Origin: Tubulanus polymorphus
Taxonomy: Eukaryota > Animalia > Nemertea
Length of the DNA: 64,000 nt
Direction: 5' to 3'
Assembly: GCF_964204645.1 (NCBI RefSeq)
Contig: NC_134031.1
Span: 6,262,001-6,326,000, forward strand
Shown here one piece after another: positions 12,439-26,807 of this stretch. The first letter of the stretch is position 1. Every line of letters begins with the position of its first letter. Made by a program: the position numbers and the translations under genes. The notes under the pieces are model-generated. The model had not been told where the DNA came from and ran no database searches. It was given only the letters and a program-made list of their open reading frames with translations.

Positions 12439-14319
12439 TACTTTATATGTCACTTTTAGAAATTACAGAACTCCCATCCAACCGTCGTTTAATCTTCCAT
12501 TTCTATAGATATTTTAGCTATAGTGTTATACGTACTCATTCCATGTTTTATTTTATTGTGACGTGCTATGGAAATATCCAATTCTCCTATGTTCATAATG
12601 GAACTATCAGTTTCTGTGCGCTATCGCGGATAATTTCGTATGTCGCAAAACTATCCCAATTATACATAGATTAAACAACTGGGTAAATTACGCCTGATAC
12701 ACAACCACCAACGATAAACAACAGCGTCGCGTCAACCAGAATTACAGTGGATCTTTTGCGAATGCGTGTACTATCGAAATCCTAGAGGATCATGAGGCAA
12801 ATAGAATTCGAAATAGCTCTTGTGGGAGGATAATAGATGTCAAATACATAACCAGAAACAGTGATTTTCGTTCCTATATACACCAGTGTATGTTAGTAGT
12901 ATAGATATATATGATTGAAACGGATCTCTTGCGGAATTCAATTAGGGAAGTTAGATCGGTCTCATTACATCTCCCGAGGAAGCAGTTAATGTAGATTGTT
13001 TTTATCGTAGCAAATATGAAACAATTTCTAAAATGGCAATATACGACGAACCCATGAGATAATCAGTTCCAAGTACCAGCATATACTTAAAATGGTCGAT
13101 TTTCAAGCTTACGTATTTCATGTATACAGGAAATGTAGAATATCATATATAAGATCATATTTGATTTCGCCGAGTCTGCTCTGCCTCGTCGACTAACCCC
13201 TTTCGCCGTCTATCGTAAAGGCGAAGCGGTAGAATGTGAACCAAATTCATTTCTCGAATCTGTTTGCGGATGCGCTTAACCCTACTGCTAAAGGCTGATC
13301 AAATCTAGAAGAACGGCTGATACATCGATATTTTGCTGACTGTACATTTTTTAAGAAGAGCTTTCTTTTAAAAAAAAGTAATGACTACTGGTAGCTATAG
13401 AACGGGATCCTATAAATTGAACAAAAATACGAAATCAAATCATGTTAAATAGCAAGTTGAGAATTGGTAATTGGTGCGCGAGTCTAGCGTCCGCGAGTGT
13501 CCATCCAGTTGACCAGAGGCGAAAAACCCTGCGAGGGCGGCTACGACTAGATCCTCAGATCGCAGATACGATACGAACCGGGGTTGCTATGATTTGAATG
13601 ACGGGTCGTCGACGAAACCGATGTAATTCGAGTCGGAATTAATTAAGGAACGCGGGAGACAGGGCCTGGAGTAACGTATAATAATTGCATACTGCCGGGG
13701 AAGCGCGGCTCATAGGCGGACGTTTTTTTCCCAGTAACTGGTACCTGCTTTACGAACCCTGCAAATACGAATTATCGAGCTCACCAGTCTGGATTGGTAT
13801 GTCTAAAAAAATCATCTCTATTTAGATTTCAGACATGGTGCATGGTACTATATCACATGGTTTAAGTACATGTATTATGTAATATATATATATATATTCA
13901 AACATATAGCTTGTATTGGGCTCTTTCAACTAAGCTCTCATATATTATCTATTTGACAATAAAGAAGGCGCCGTTGAAACAGGTTTTTTTCGTAGTCAAT
14001 TCAGTGTCTGTCTTGTGTAATTCATATCATAATTACGTACATGTCATACAGTTTGGTTAGTTCATGGACATCTAAATATTGATTTACACGTATATGCCCA
14101 TTGTTGGTGTCACGCTCCTGGAATAAGATTCTGTAAGTCCCTTGAGCAAACCTGACGACTTCTCCGCCGGTGCTTCTTGATATTTGTATACCTTGAAAGT
14201 GCTAAGTACGGCCATCCATCGATATGTTTACATGTCTATCTATTGAAATCCATGTGAAATGCAAATCAAATTTCAGTATCTCATTTTTCATATTCTATAC
14301 GGTGGTCGTTTTTGTGGTC

Positions 14320-14446
<127 letters not shown>

Positions 14447-14859
14447 AAGTGAAAATGTATTTTTGTGGAACAAAATTGATGAGGGTGGCCAAAAACCGTG
14501 AAAAGTACGTTAGTTCATGGTCACTTAGATTTGTTCAATTGTGAGGCGCTATTCATAAAATCACACAATCCTTCCCTGAACAAAGAGCTTACCAATAGCT
14601 GTCTAATAAACACTATAATCCGTGTATACTGTAGATAAATGAAGAAATCCCACACTTCGAATCAAATTTATTATTATGAGCTTATAAACTCACATGATCT
14701 AGAATAGAAGTAGTGTGTCAAAACTAAAGATAAACACACCAAGCAATTAAAACATCAAGGGGTACCGTAGAAACCACAGCAATTCTAACCAGTTCAGAAT
14801 AATAACAAATTATGTAACTAAGTGAAGTGGACTGAAGTGAAATTAACCCAAATCTAATT

Positions 14860-15190
14860 AAGAGTTGATGTGTCTCGATAATAATTGGTTATGTGGAGAA
14901 AAACCAGTATTTAAATTAGTACATAAATTGGATTTCGAAAGTTTACATATTAGGGCTGATTCCACTATGTGTCTCTTATGAATATCTTTACAAGGATAAA
15001 TAAGTTTCGAATTCTGAAAGTCAAATTAATGATTGGTTGTTAAGACATGATTTGCTATTCCACTCTCAGGCTTTTGGTTGCGGATATCTATTTTGTGTTC
15101 TTTAATACGCTGAATAAGATTACGTCCCGTTTCGCCGATGTACATCATATTACAGTCTTTACATGATATCTTATAGACCCCGGACTCAAT
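14860..15190 (-). mobile_element. Penelope-like element fragment (GIY-YIG endonuclease), disrupted
   Basis: SGVYKISCKDCNMMYIGETGRNLIQRIKEH...SGIANH...H*FDFQNSKLI...RHIVESALI, with an in-frame stop at 15026-15028. Confidence 0.88.
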
Positions 15191-18100
15191 TAGCTCACTG
15201 TTAATAATAATAAAATAATAATAAATTTGATCGTATAATTTCAAATTCGAAGTGTGGGATTTCTTCATTTAGCTTACCAATAGTTTTTCTTCAATTGCCT
15301 TGTAAATTTTCTAAACGCTATATTTTATTTATTATGTCAGATTCTTCTCATCTCAATGATATGACGGTTACAGGTTACAACTTAAGAGTTATGATTTTGT
15401 TTTGATGAGAAAAAGGATGTTAAATGTTCGCCTTGGCATTTTATTAATTAACTCGTCCTTTCATTGTCACAAACATGCAGACAAACACCCATTCACACAT
15501 TTGTACCGTTACCGAACAAAATAGTTAGCATACAACGATTCATCGGATATTACGAATATACAATTTCGTCCCGGGAAGATAATCGAACTAATTTCATACT
15601 GGATGTAACGAACTATCGGTTATGACGAACAGATTTTCTGGTCCCGCGAGGTTAGCTGTAACGAGGTTCCGCTATACACGCCGACGATTCTGAAATATTC
15701 GATTCTGTAACGCTTAATATCCAGTGCGAAGAATCTGCATGAACTGTGAATTACAACAAATGAGTTATAACAAAAAAAGGTAATTTTTCAAATAACATCG
15801 AACGAAGAGAAATGTCTAGCGTTCGAGCGGTTTTAAGTGCATTAGATGGCGGTGCATTGTTTTATTTATTTTACGAGTTATTCACGGGCGGACGTCGTCC
15901 CTGAAGTTCAGTCCATTGATTCGATAGAATCCGATCCAGATTCTGCAGAGCAAACGCTCGCACCCGCATCATCTTACTCGAGTCCACACGCGGTACGACT
16001 ATCATTATTATCGGAGTCAGCCAATTTTTTACGCACATGCCGCGTTGTGAAGTCGGCCGTTAGTCACGTGGCATCTGGTACCCGACGATGGCGCTCAGAC
16101 GTCGCCGATAGTCCGACGGATGTTTTCGAATTTTACATAATTATTTGCGCGTTTACAAAATTAGAAATGCGGGTGTCGATGGTAATCAAAATACTTAATT
16201 TGGCTATAAACTTTTGTTTGGGTTTTTTTCTACGAAAACGTCGCCGATCTGCTCTAAATGCGTGCGCTCGCGCTCTTCTCCGATATCGGGCGGCTCCGTT
16301 AGCTGCTTCCTCGCGGCGCGGAAAGTAATTTCTCATTCTAGTCGTATTAAAGTCGCGTTTTTTACATCAGAAATGACAGGTAACCGTTTACACAATGCCC
16401 CCCGCACACACGGCGAAGATGAATAAAAAGCTGTTACCCGGTGAAGAGAGTCGAAGTGCGCCTTTCACCAACCGCTATTTTATTGACATAATAGCAACGC
16501 ATATTACGTTCTATTGGATCATCAAATTTCGAATCTAGATAGCTATAAAAGCGTAAACACGATGAATCTAATTTTCAAATGAGTAAATGCGTTTATTGAT
16601 AACGAACCCCATCAGGTTCGAATTCGTGATTGTAGCTTAGCCTGACGTACGCGGCAAATAAACCGAAAAAACGAGCTGAAGCATTTTCTGGAAAAATTAA
16701 TCGTGGAGCGAAAAGCACTTTGTTTCTACTATCGTATATTTATCTGCGGGCTTGTATTTGTCAAGGAGGTGAGAAAACATCAATTGCGCGCACTTGATTT
16801 CTTCATTCCGTCGCGCTAAGACGGCACAAAATAAAATAGCCACTATCTAACCACCAATTGAAACGATTAAGATATCCATTAGAAAAGTCCATCACTCTCT
16901 ACAATATTCGCCGAATACATTCTCACACAAGGATGAGATCGACCTGTATAGAGCCTAAAGATACAAAACGATGATATCCTATTGACCCGCGGCCGGAGCA
17001 GGTTTTTCGAAACACCTGAGTACACGGTCGATTGTATATAGACACAAAAACAACATCAGGTGCAACTGGTAGGGAATAGAGCAAATACATTATACCTCGC
17101 ATCGTGTAGAGATACAAATATAAAGAATACTCAACTATACACGGCGGAAACAATAAACGACATAGTCATTGTAGTACGCTATGTTTTCTCGGCTCCCGGG
17201 GAGAGAAAGTTGTTACGAAAACATGTTAAGCAAATTATCTTTATATATCTCTTTGAAAATGCTGGGATGTTTCCACGATGAGAGGTTGCAGAGAACGGTC
17301 CATTAACATTTTGTTGATTAAACAGTGTAGGTATGAATTGGCGCGACAAATAGTTCGCTACGACCTCTTGTTTACGGAAATATTCGTAACTATGAGGATT
17401 TCATGCTAAAATGTTTGTTCGACGAAAATGATTTGTAAGAATTTTGAACTGATTCACAATTCAATAGAATATAAGTGAAAACCAGGAATATATAAATTGT
17501 GAATACACGGTCATTGCTTATCATTCATGTTGGATCAGAATCACACGTTCTGGTGAAATCATAGACATACATTTGAAAACATTTTGACAAGCTAACTTAT
17601 TGTACATTACAATATCAAATCTACAAACAAGTGAATAGTCTATGAGAAGATTTGGCACACCAGTTCGTTGAAATAGATCAAAAGTTTGCGTTGAAAGCGT
17701 TAAATTAAAATTCGTTAATATTTTCAATTATCTAACATTTTACTCAGACCAGCTTGCTGTTATAAATTGGATCAACGTAAAAACCATTTTTGTTTTACTT
17801 TAAACGTGGTCATGGTTCAAGTATCTTAATTCTCTTCATTTTTTTATCTAGCGTTTTTTGACGCCGTAAAAACCGTGACAATAATGTTAATATACATTGA
17901 TAATTGATACTATGCGTTGTTCTGCGTGAGTCGGTTCCGGTTCATTCAAACAATCTTCCAACCAACAATCTGATACGGCAAGTGACAGATTAGTATACCA
18001 TCAACATCATAAATAACATCACTTAATCATTTAGTAAGATTTCTTCGATTTTATACATTTCATTACTAGTTTCTCATGCTCATATTTTATTTTTGTATCT

Positions 18101-21100
18101 TCTGTACTTTTCTTTGTTGGTTCATGATCCATTGTGTTGGTTACGAATGTCTAATGTCAATAAATGAATGTATCTTCTTCCAACAACTATCAATGCATGC
18201 CGGTACTTAAAGTTCTTTAATTGGTTTGTCGAAATTATATGAAGCATGTTGTTTTCTGAGATTTATAACCGCATACAAGTTTTAATTTTATGGTTCAAAA
18301 ATTGGTACGCATATCTGCTACGGTCATATTGTTATTCGAAAGATCGCTTTGGCAGGAAGCCGAACGTCATCCACCCGAAACGTAAACAGAAGCAAATAAG
18401 GAAATAAAGAAGAAGAAAATAAAGTCATATAAGTTATATAAGCTCTTGTTTCGCGACAGCGTGCGTTGCTTCGAAACACAAAATACACAGTTCGATTACG
18501 CCATGGACGAAAAGAATTCACGGTGATCACGTGGGCTGTGAGTTGTAGAAATTTATGAATAGGAAAGTCTTAAGCGCTCGTTAGAAATCATCGAGATCGG
18601 GGATTCGTCTGGCAGGTTATCATCAATTCAATTTAATTCAAACACTTTGTTGTCCCGTTATGTTAGAAAACATCATCGTTTCGAAAAAACAATAGAACAA
18701 CAAAAACAGAAGACAAACATACAAAGTGTTATATTCAGAACAACAGGACATTACCTCTCGCCAGAGGAGAGGAAATCGTAATAATACATCGATGAAGTTG
18801 TAGATACTGCTAACACTGAAGCATCGACCACCAAAAGTCTTTTTTGTACGGAATAAGAGACAGTTGATACTAAATTCTCAATTCGTAAAAAACTTTTCAA
18901 CCTTTGACGTTCAATTATTCGTGAAAATGCGGTGAAAAGAATTTCTAATTAATACCAGTTTCGACTGCGCACAGCGTGATTTCGAAAATTACTTATTACA
19001 ATTGACAACGGACGCTGCTCTAAATCGATTTTAGTTTTTGAAAACAAAATGTGGCCGGCGTTCTCTGGGGGTGGGTGTAGCCGCACACAACTGCCTCAGA
19101 ATGATGCGGGTATAATTTATTGACTTCGTCGTCAAAAAGCTATTCGTCGCTATAAATTACATCGGGCGGTGATTCTTTTTTGTTCGGTGCAACACCGCGA
19201 GCATTTTTTTTCGAAATTGAAAAGAACGCCTCATTCATCGCCTTAGGGACGAACAGGTACTCGAGAGCGCACTGGTATCCCACCTGGGGTATGATTAAGC
19301 ACGCGTAGGCCTTTAACTAAAAACTCGATTAGCGATAGTCCATAAAAAAATTTCAAGGTTTTTGTGAATTATACAAACACATCAATGTCCGCAGTGAAAA
19401 GAAATATTTCATCACTTGTTTTTCTCAATTGATACCGTGCGCATTGAAATCGACGCCTAAGTATATACCTCGCTATATTCAACTAGGTCACTCTTCAGTC
19501 GAATCCTCTCAAATTGAAAAAAGTAACAAAAAAAAAAATCGTCGTCTTTTTCACTTCCCGGACGTTGTCACTTGTTGGATGACGAGGCACGTGAACTGCG
19601 ACGCAACAAATTTTTGCGTAGTCAGAATTAACAAAAAGAAACTGGGAAGCATCAAAATTAAACCGTAAAAAACCGGCGAGAGATGCGGGTAATAATATTC
19701 AATAAGACTGTTTTCACTCGCGGTTGTGCATTAAAGCGTTGCCATGCTGACGATTAGCACAGACAAAGTCCCAATTTCATTTTTGCAGATATCTGAAATT
19801 AGGTGTAAACGTTTATATACCGATACCCAGGCCCGAATCTAGCTTTTTTGAGGAGCGGTTCTATTTCAAGAGAAAGGGCACTATATTTTCCCGTGAAAAG
19901 GGGCACTGTCATATTTAAAGAAGACGTGCCTAAAATATTATATAAGTGCCCGGGTTACTGAGTAAATTATTTGAGAATGGATTGCTTCTCATTAAAAAGA
20001 AAAAATAACAACATGAAATTGTATCAAATTTCGCAAAATCTTGACCCAAATCATTTTGACACTGACTCTGATGAAGGGCGCTTTAAAAATTTTAGGGGGT
20101 TCGTTCGCTACCCCCGAACCCCCACTCGGCACGGGCTTGAGTATACTACTCGGTAAAAGATTTCTACCGCCGCAGTGACTGCAAGAATCGAAAGGAATCT
20201 CCGAACGCGCCAGCATTCGAAAGAGAAAGTACGCCATTCCTCTTTTGAAAAAATTACAATCGAAAAAGGCCTTGTCCATTAGTTTTCGATAGGGTATCGT
20301 TTCTTTATAGGTTTGCCGAGATTTTACATTGTCAAAGTCGTTTGAATGTCGTCGTGAATAAACTAAACATACAGTCCATTCTTCTTGTTAATATATTCAA
20401 CTCGTTTTGTGAAATGACTGTTTTGTAATAGTAGATGTTTTATATACATTTGATATAATGCTATATTTCAATACAATTTCATATTAACGAGTTTCGTCTG
20501 ATTTTTTCTATGATCGCGTATAGACTGCACCCTAGGTGGCCAGACAGCATTCACGTCACTTTTATATGAAGAAAAATGCTTACGTAAAGAATCGTTCCTT
20601 TTCATTCTTGCATATTATCTTAGCTTTAGCATGGAGATATGAAATAAAATTCTATACACGCGCTTTACTGAGTGAGGAGCCCGCGTTTCGGTGGAAAGAT
20701 TTAAAGTTTATCAGTAATTGTGTTATCATGACTAATCAGGGCCGTACCTAGCATTTGAATGGGGACAGAAAAACCCGAAAAAGGACAGTTACCTAAAGTC
20801 TAAAACCGATATAGCGATTCTCCTGATCAGTCCTAAAGAGAACTCTGTTAGGCCTATAATACTATCATGCCTGTCAGTCCCAACTGAAGGATTGGGCATT
20901 AAACTTCTATTGGAGATAAAACAAATGCAAAAAGGGCACTTTTCAATTTTCGAGGGGCAACTGTCCCCCGCTGTGTACGGACCGGCTAATGGAACTTCAA
21001 GTCATCCCGAGTCCATTTCACAGAACGACTCCGACGATTCATTAGACATGAAAAAAGAATACTAATGGAACGTTAGTTAATGCCAATTAAAAGTCGCGAG

Positions 21101-21519
21101 TTATTTTGTTACATGTCATGCATATCGGTGGAACAGTAATTCGCAAATAACATATGTACCGCATTTCGTGAAATTATGGCTTGCAACCAAATGTAAATAG
21201 ATCTGAATTCGACCGCGATTGAAGATCGAATTTTCAATTGTTCCTTAAGACATGGTTTGAAATGGTCTTTATCATTTTACATTTCGTCGCCCAATAAAAT
21301 CTGGCAGATTGATTCATCAGGGCTAATAAAATACGTTATCATTTTGATGACGCTCTAAGCAGTCGATGTCCCGCCCATTCGCCTTTTGTCGGCACGTCAA
21401 TAACGTGCTACCGATTTTGACTGCGTTGTGGAGATGTTCCCGTCACGTGCCTGTCCGTATCCGGCACGCGCCCGTACGGGCCGGTTTCCGTATATAAGCG
21501 AAATGCGGCGATACGATGG

Positions 21520-24500
21520 ATGGAGAGATACGACGCGGCCACGATGATGATGATGATGGAATCGACGTCCGCCCAAGGAGCGACTCCAGAACGGGTCATA
21601 TCTCAAGAATTATTGAAACATTTCCTCTATGGGAAACGGAGTCCGAAAATCGATTACGAATTTAGTGGTGAGTTTTTTAAATTCAGTGAGGGTGATTTAA
21701 TGGGAATTTTTGCAGTTCATTTTAGAGCATTAAATTGTGTGCGCTGCTGTTGGTAAAAATACGCCATTTTAACTGAAAAGTGAAATGAACTATAAGTTTC
21801 AAATTGATGTGGAAAAAATCCCGAAGTTATTTGACGTTTTCGAAGTGAGAACCCGTATAGAATATTCGAATTCAACGCACTCGAAAATCTCTAGAAGAAT
21901 ATTTTCATTATAACATTGAAACATTGATTTATAATTGACTTCACCGAACGATTAACGAACAAGATGGGGAATATTAATTGAAATGGATGATGTCAAAACA
22001 GCCCAATTCCTAGGGCTGGGGAGGGGGTCCGGGGTAGCGAACGAATCCCCTAGAATTAAGAATAAGTGCCCTTGAAAAAATGTCAGTTAAAAAAAAATTC
22101 GGGTGAAGAATTTTTGAAAATTTGATCAATTTTCGTGTTATTTTTGGAAAATGAAAAGTGGTTATTCCGTAAAAGTATTTAATTACGTGTAAACATATCT
22201 AAGGTCATATTTAAGATATATACTTTTTCAATAGGAAAGTGCCCCTTTTCACGGTGAAAAAGTGCCATTTTTCTTGAAGTAGCACTGCCCCTTGAAACAT
22301 TTCGGCACTCTTCTGCAAAATGACATCAAGTAGTCAATATCGTTCGGTATACTCCATTCTATGTGGATCAAGAATACATAACGTAATTTAATTTTTCAAT
22401 CTAATTTAATATCAATCGTGTATCTTTATAAGATGCTGTAACCAAGCAAAGCGATCCAGTAAATAAGATAAAAACCCGCTATAGAGATCAAAAGTTAAAG
22501 ATTTAAAAATCGACGTGATGATGATCTGTAGTGTGAGATCGAAACGTCGTGTCATTTCATTATTTTTTGGAATAAATTCTCGATTTTCAAAACTTTTAAT
22601 CTGTATATGGGTTTATATCTTGTTATTTGTTCTCCACGTTTGAGTGTGGTTATTCTACTAATAATAGTCAATTTATCAATTGATAGTCATGTGGCGATTC
22701 GACATTTTGACCATTTCCCTATATTCCCGGTGAAACAAAAGGGCTATTTCCTTTACTTTTCTTAATCATTGCAGCTTCTGTACCGCCGGTAGTCTGTCCA
22801 CCCCAGGTTCGAATTTCGCAGTCGTCTCAACCAGGGCAAAAGTGGGGAATGTTCAGCACGGTATGGATGAAAGAAGGCACCGAGATGGGACCGTTCCTCG
22901 GCACAGTTATCCCCGCTGCTAACATTGATAGAAATGTGCTTCACAACGAACCTATTTGGGAGGTAGGCATTAGTTAGCGATATTCATCAAAGCTTACTCA
23001 TTTGAATGATTAATTTTCATTTTTGATTTGTGTGCGCCTTACAAATTCACCACGCACCTACCAGCAATGAAACAGGGCAGTTTCCTTTTAGCATAAATCA
23101 ATATTTTTCAACCTCTTTCATCAATTTAGCAAATTAGCACCAATTATGTTTCTTTCAGTTGTTCGACGAGCAAGGAGAAGTGACGTCAATGGTGACGGGC
23201 AGCCCCACTTGTTGGCTTTCGTACGTGAATTGCGCAAGACACACGAATGAACAGAATCTCGATATCATTCAAGTTCATTCTTCAAATTTATCGGAAGAAA
23301 TCTATTTCAGAGTGACAAAGGTGAGGAATGAATCCGGACGCGGATGTTTCTTATAGTAACATCTTATCAAATTGCTTATCTTAATCAACTGACAATAAAA
23401 CCATTAGAATCTCCCGTAAAAACTAAGCCTTCTCAATATTTTTCTTCATCCGTAGCCGATATCGCCGGGACAGGAGCTGTTGGTTTGGTATGGCAAACAG
23501 CATAATCTATTCTTCGGAATACCGATTCCAACTATCTCGAATCCAGATGATTTGGACGTTCGATGTACGTATAAATATCTCTATATATCGAGATAATACG
23601 GTTGCTTATACTATTTCAAAACGTTTTAAGACTGAGAAAATAAGATTAAGCAGTGGGTGTTTTTCTAACGTAGATTTGTAATTTCATGTTTCAGTGACCG
23701 AGTCGGCGACTTTGGACAATAAGCCTAATAATGCGTGTAAGCTCCGCTGCGTCATTTGTCATCGCGGCTTCAATTCGAAAAGCAACCTACGATCGCACAT
23801 GCGCATTCACACTCAAGAAAAACCGTTTATTTGCCGGTTCTGTAAGCGAAGTTTCAGCCAATCGTCGACGCTCAGAAATCACGTTCGTCTACACACTGGT
23901 ACGTATAGGTCTATATCAATATAACCAGATCTTAGATACAATACAATGCAATGCAATGCAATAGCAAAAAATGAGTAACGATCAATAACGCCATTTTTTA
24001 TCATTAGTTGGTTTACGGATCCGCCGCAAGATTTTTCCAATTCAGGTATAACAAGAAGATTTTATTTTTATTATTTTTCCGCCGCCCCCTTATTTTCAAG
24101 CATACATATGGAAATAAAAAGAAACATTTATAGTTTCTTTCCACTACCATAACATCTTTTGATATCCCACACAAAAAATCTCTGTAGACAATTGGTGTCC
24201 TAATGGGTATGTTTGTCAGGTTGTTCAGCGTGACTTGCAAGAATGGTGGCGTCAGTTATGTGGGTAGGCAGTATATAGACAATATTCGAGTATTATAATC
24301 CCAAAACATCATCCAAAATAAAGCAATTTTTATTCTTTGTCAAATCCCGCCTTCGATCACTAAATCAGTAATGATAGCAATGTTTCGAGAAAGAAATATT
24401 TTTTCTTCATTTTCCCGCGGTTTTTATTCATTTTCCCGCCTCTGCAATCATTTCAAGTCCATAAAATCCGTAATCCAACTTACCATAAAAAAACATCCTA

Positions 24501-25394
24501 AATTACATGTCCAATATATACCTGATTATACTAACCGCACCCATTCCCGAATTGACTGTATAATTTAGGCTAGGTTTTGTAATGGTGGCTGAACCTTTTG
24601 ATATATATATATGTACAGTGTGGACATTCTTTTTTATTTCTTTTTCTCTAAGTAATGTGCCTTCGTCTTTACGGTGCGTGACGTTTAATGTCTCAATCCA
24701 TTCAATCTTTTGGTTCATGAAGCAAGGTCACGCGTGAAATGTGCTGAATTATGTCTCGGTATGAAATGAAAAAAACAAGGGCGCCTTTTTCATTCTCGTA
24801 AACGTTTTTGTGATGTCGAACACGTTGTTACTCAACATTACATGTACTTTCGACGGAGTTACTTCGTAAATCACGACATCGATTAGCTCCAATCGAATCC
24901 ATTCGAATTATTTCAGCCCGAATTTGGCGCGAATAGAATCGTAAATAAGAACAATTGTTAGTTATTCTTTCACGTGCGGTTGGGTTTATTTAGTTTTCCA
25001 TAAAATACCAGTAAAGACGTTTTATACGATGCGGGTGTAGAAGTTTGTTTTCGTGCGGTTTCAATTCAAAGAGAAAGAATTAGGTTATTTTTGTAGCCTT
25101 GTTAAGAATACGCGACGGCCTACTTAAAAACATGTATTTAGCTGTCTGTGCGAAGGAAGTGTATTCTTTATCGATTTGATCGAACAAAGGTCGTAATTTC
25201 TCCTTTCAGGCGAGCGCCCATATCGATGTACGTATTGCCAATGCGCGTATTCCCAACTAGCTGGATTACGCGCCCACCAGAAAAGCGCCCGGCACAAGCC
25301 CTACGTTCAACAGCAAACGCCAACTGCCGAGAAGCACCGTCTTATCCACCAACAACCTTCATCATCTGCTTCGTATCACCAACGACAGATTTGA
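21520..25394 (+). CDS. PRDM12: PR/SET domain zinc finger protein 12 (~331 aa, 6 exons)
   Basis: Exons 21520-21667, 22775-22962, 23159-23320, 23456-23564, 23695-23898, 25210-25394. N-terminal [16 protein letters not shown] domain [29 protein letters not shown]. Three C2H2 fingers [58 protein letters not shown], nearly identical to vertebrate PRDM12 as I recall it. AATAAA at ~25491. Confidence 0.95.
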
Positions 25395-26520
25395 ATTGTT
25401 TAGCATCATCTAAATATCAAAGCATTTACTGTGATCATTCTCAAGCAATTTGTGTATATACATGATATTCGTATTCGTTTTTTGTCTATAAATAAACTCC
25501 AAGCTTTACTTCTATAATGATAGAATAATGTTATTGAAATAACTATGTAACGAGGCAGAATTTACTGAGATCTTGGGCTATTCATTTTCCAAGGCTTCCT
25601 AGAACCGGTTGGACATTCCTTGACGTAGGATCGTTGTTTTTCTGAATGGAAAACTGCGAAAATCAACCATGAACTCCGAAGTAAGACGGAATTAGAACGA
25701 AAATAACTTACTGGCCGCGAATGATGGATGGCTTTTCATTTGAGAATATTCAGTTGCCCTTGGCTTATACGGACAAAGAATGAAAACAGGTTTGACGTGG
25801 CCCTACTTAAAAACCGTAGAAGACTTTCTTTGAAGAATTCTGTTATTAATTGCATTTCTTATTTTCCAAGTATTCCTTATTTCTAAAGTTTGGAGGATAC
25901 CGTGTGCGTCACGTCGCAAAGACGAAACGGTCAACGAAAGTCGGAGATAAGTAAAAATCCCGCTGCTTAGATAATTAGCAATAATACGACGAGTTCCGCT
26001 GATTCGGAATCGGCTGCGCGAGCGCGTGTCAACGCTGGTCAGTAATACGCGGGGGGCACGAAAATGGAACGGGCGAAAGTGGCCTCGGGGTATATCAATG
26101 GACCAAGGTAAAATGACAATTGTAAAACGATCTCGATCGCACAATAGTTGGTCATCTCGAAGTGTCAAACTCGCTGATAATTAGCCGAGAAATGCGACAA
26201 ATACACCGTTTAACGGTCATTGTAAATCACGTGTAAATTGACACTTGAAATTATAATTGCTTCGACAAATAGATTGATATTTGCATACCAGACATCCGTC
26301 CGGTTGCGAGGCGGCGATGTCCGGGCGAATTCGATTTGGACGTATTCCAATATCAAATAGTTCCGTGTGATCGATTAAGAGGTCTTCTGCACATGGGTCA
26401 GAGCTATAACTTAAGAAGGCGTATTGCGTGTATATGTATATATATATATATAGCATTTTAGCGAGTTCGCTCCCTGGTACGAGACCGAAAAAAGAACCAA
26501 GGAGATATGTTTTATCTTTG

Positions 26521-26650
26521 GTAGAGAGTTCAAATTGTTGAAAATCCATAGAAGCAAAAACAGTACAAATCTCATTTTCTAATGAGTATATGAATTTATT
26601 CTAGCAAACGTTTTCGGGAGTTACATTTTGCCCTCTTGAGGCATAGCACA
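26521..26650 (-). repeat. Penelope-type terminal relic with a degenerate hammerhead-like motif (copy 2)
   Basis: Minus strand GCTATGC-CTCAAGA-GGGC..CTCCC-GAAAACGTTT-GCTAG-AATAAA; homologous to 2791-2915. Confidence 0.5.
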
Positions 26651-26807
26651 AGTAATTAGATTGTCATATACCGGCATCTATATCAAATAAGACAAAGCTT
26701 ATTAGAAACAACATCGAATTACTGACAGACAGATAATTAGATTAAGAATAAAAGGTAATTAATTACATATTATCTAATTTACTGAGTGACGAAACTTGAC
26801 TAGTAGT

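Noticed and set aside
13590-13635. Hammerhead-like GAAAC-CGAT-GTA motif
   Set aside because: The upstream core reads TTGAATGA rather than CTGANGA and stem I is minimal.
12463-14204. Stop-codon recoding (selenocysteine or readthrough) in the CaaX gene
   Set aside because: All three stop types occur and neighbouring genes use the standard code; decay or a wrong exon model is simpler.
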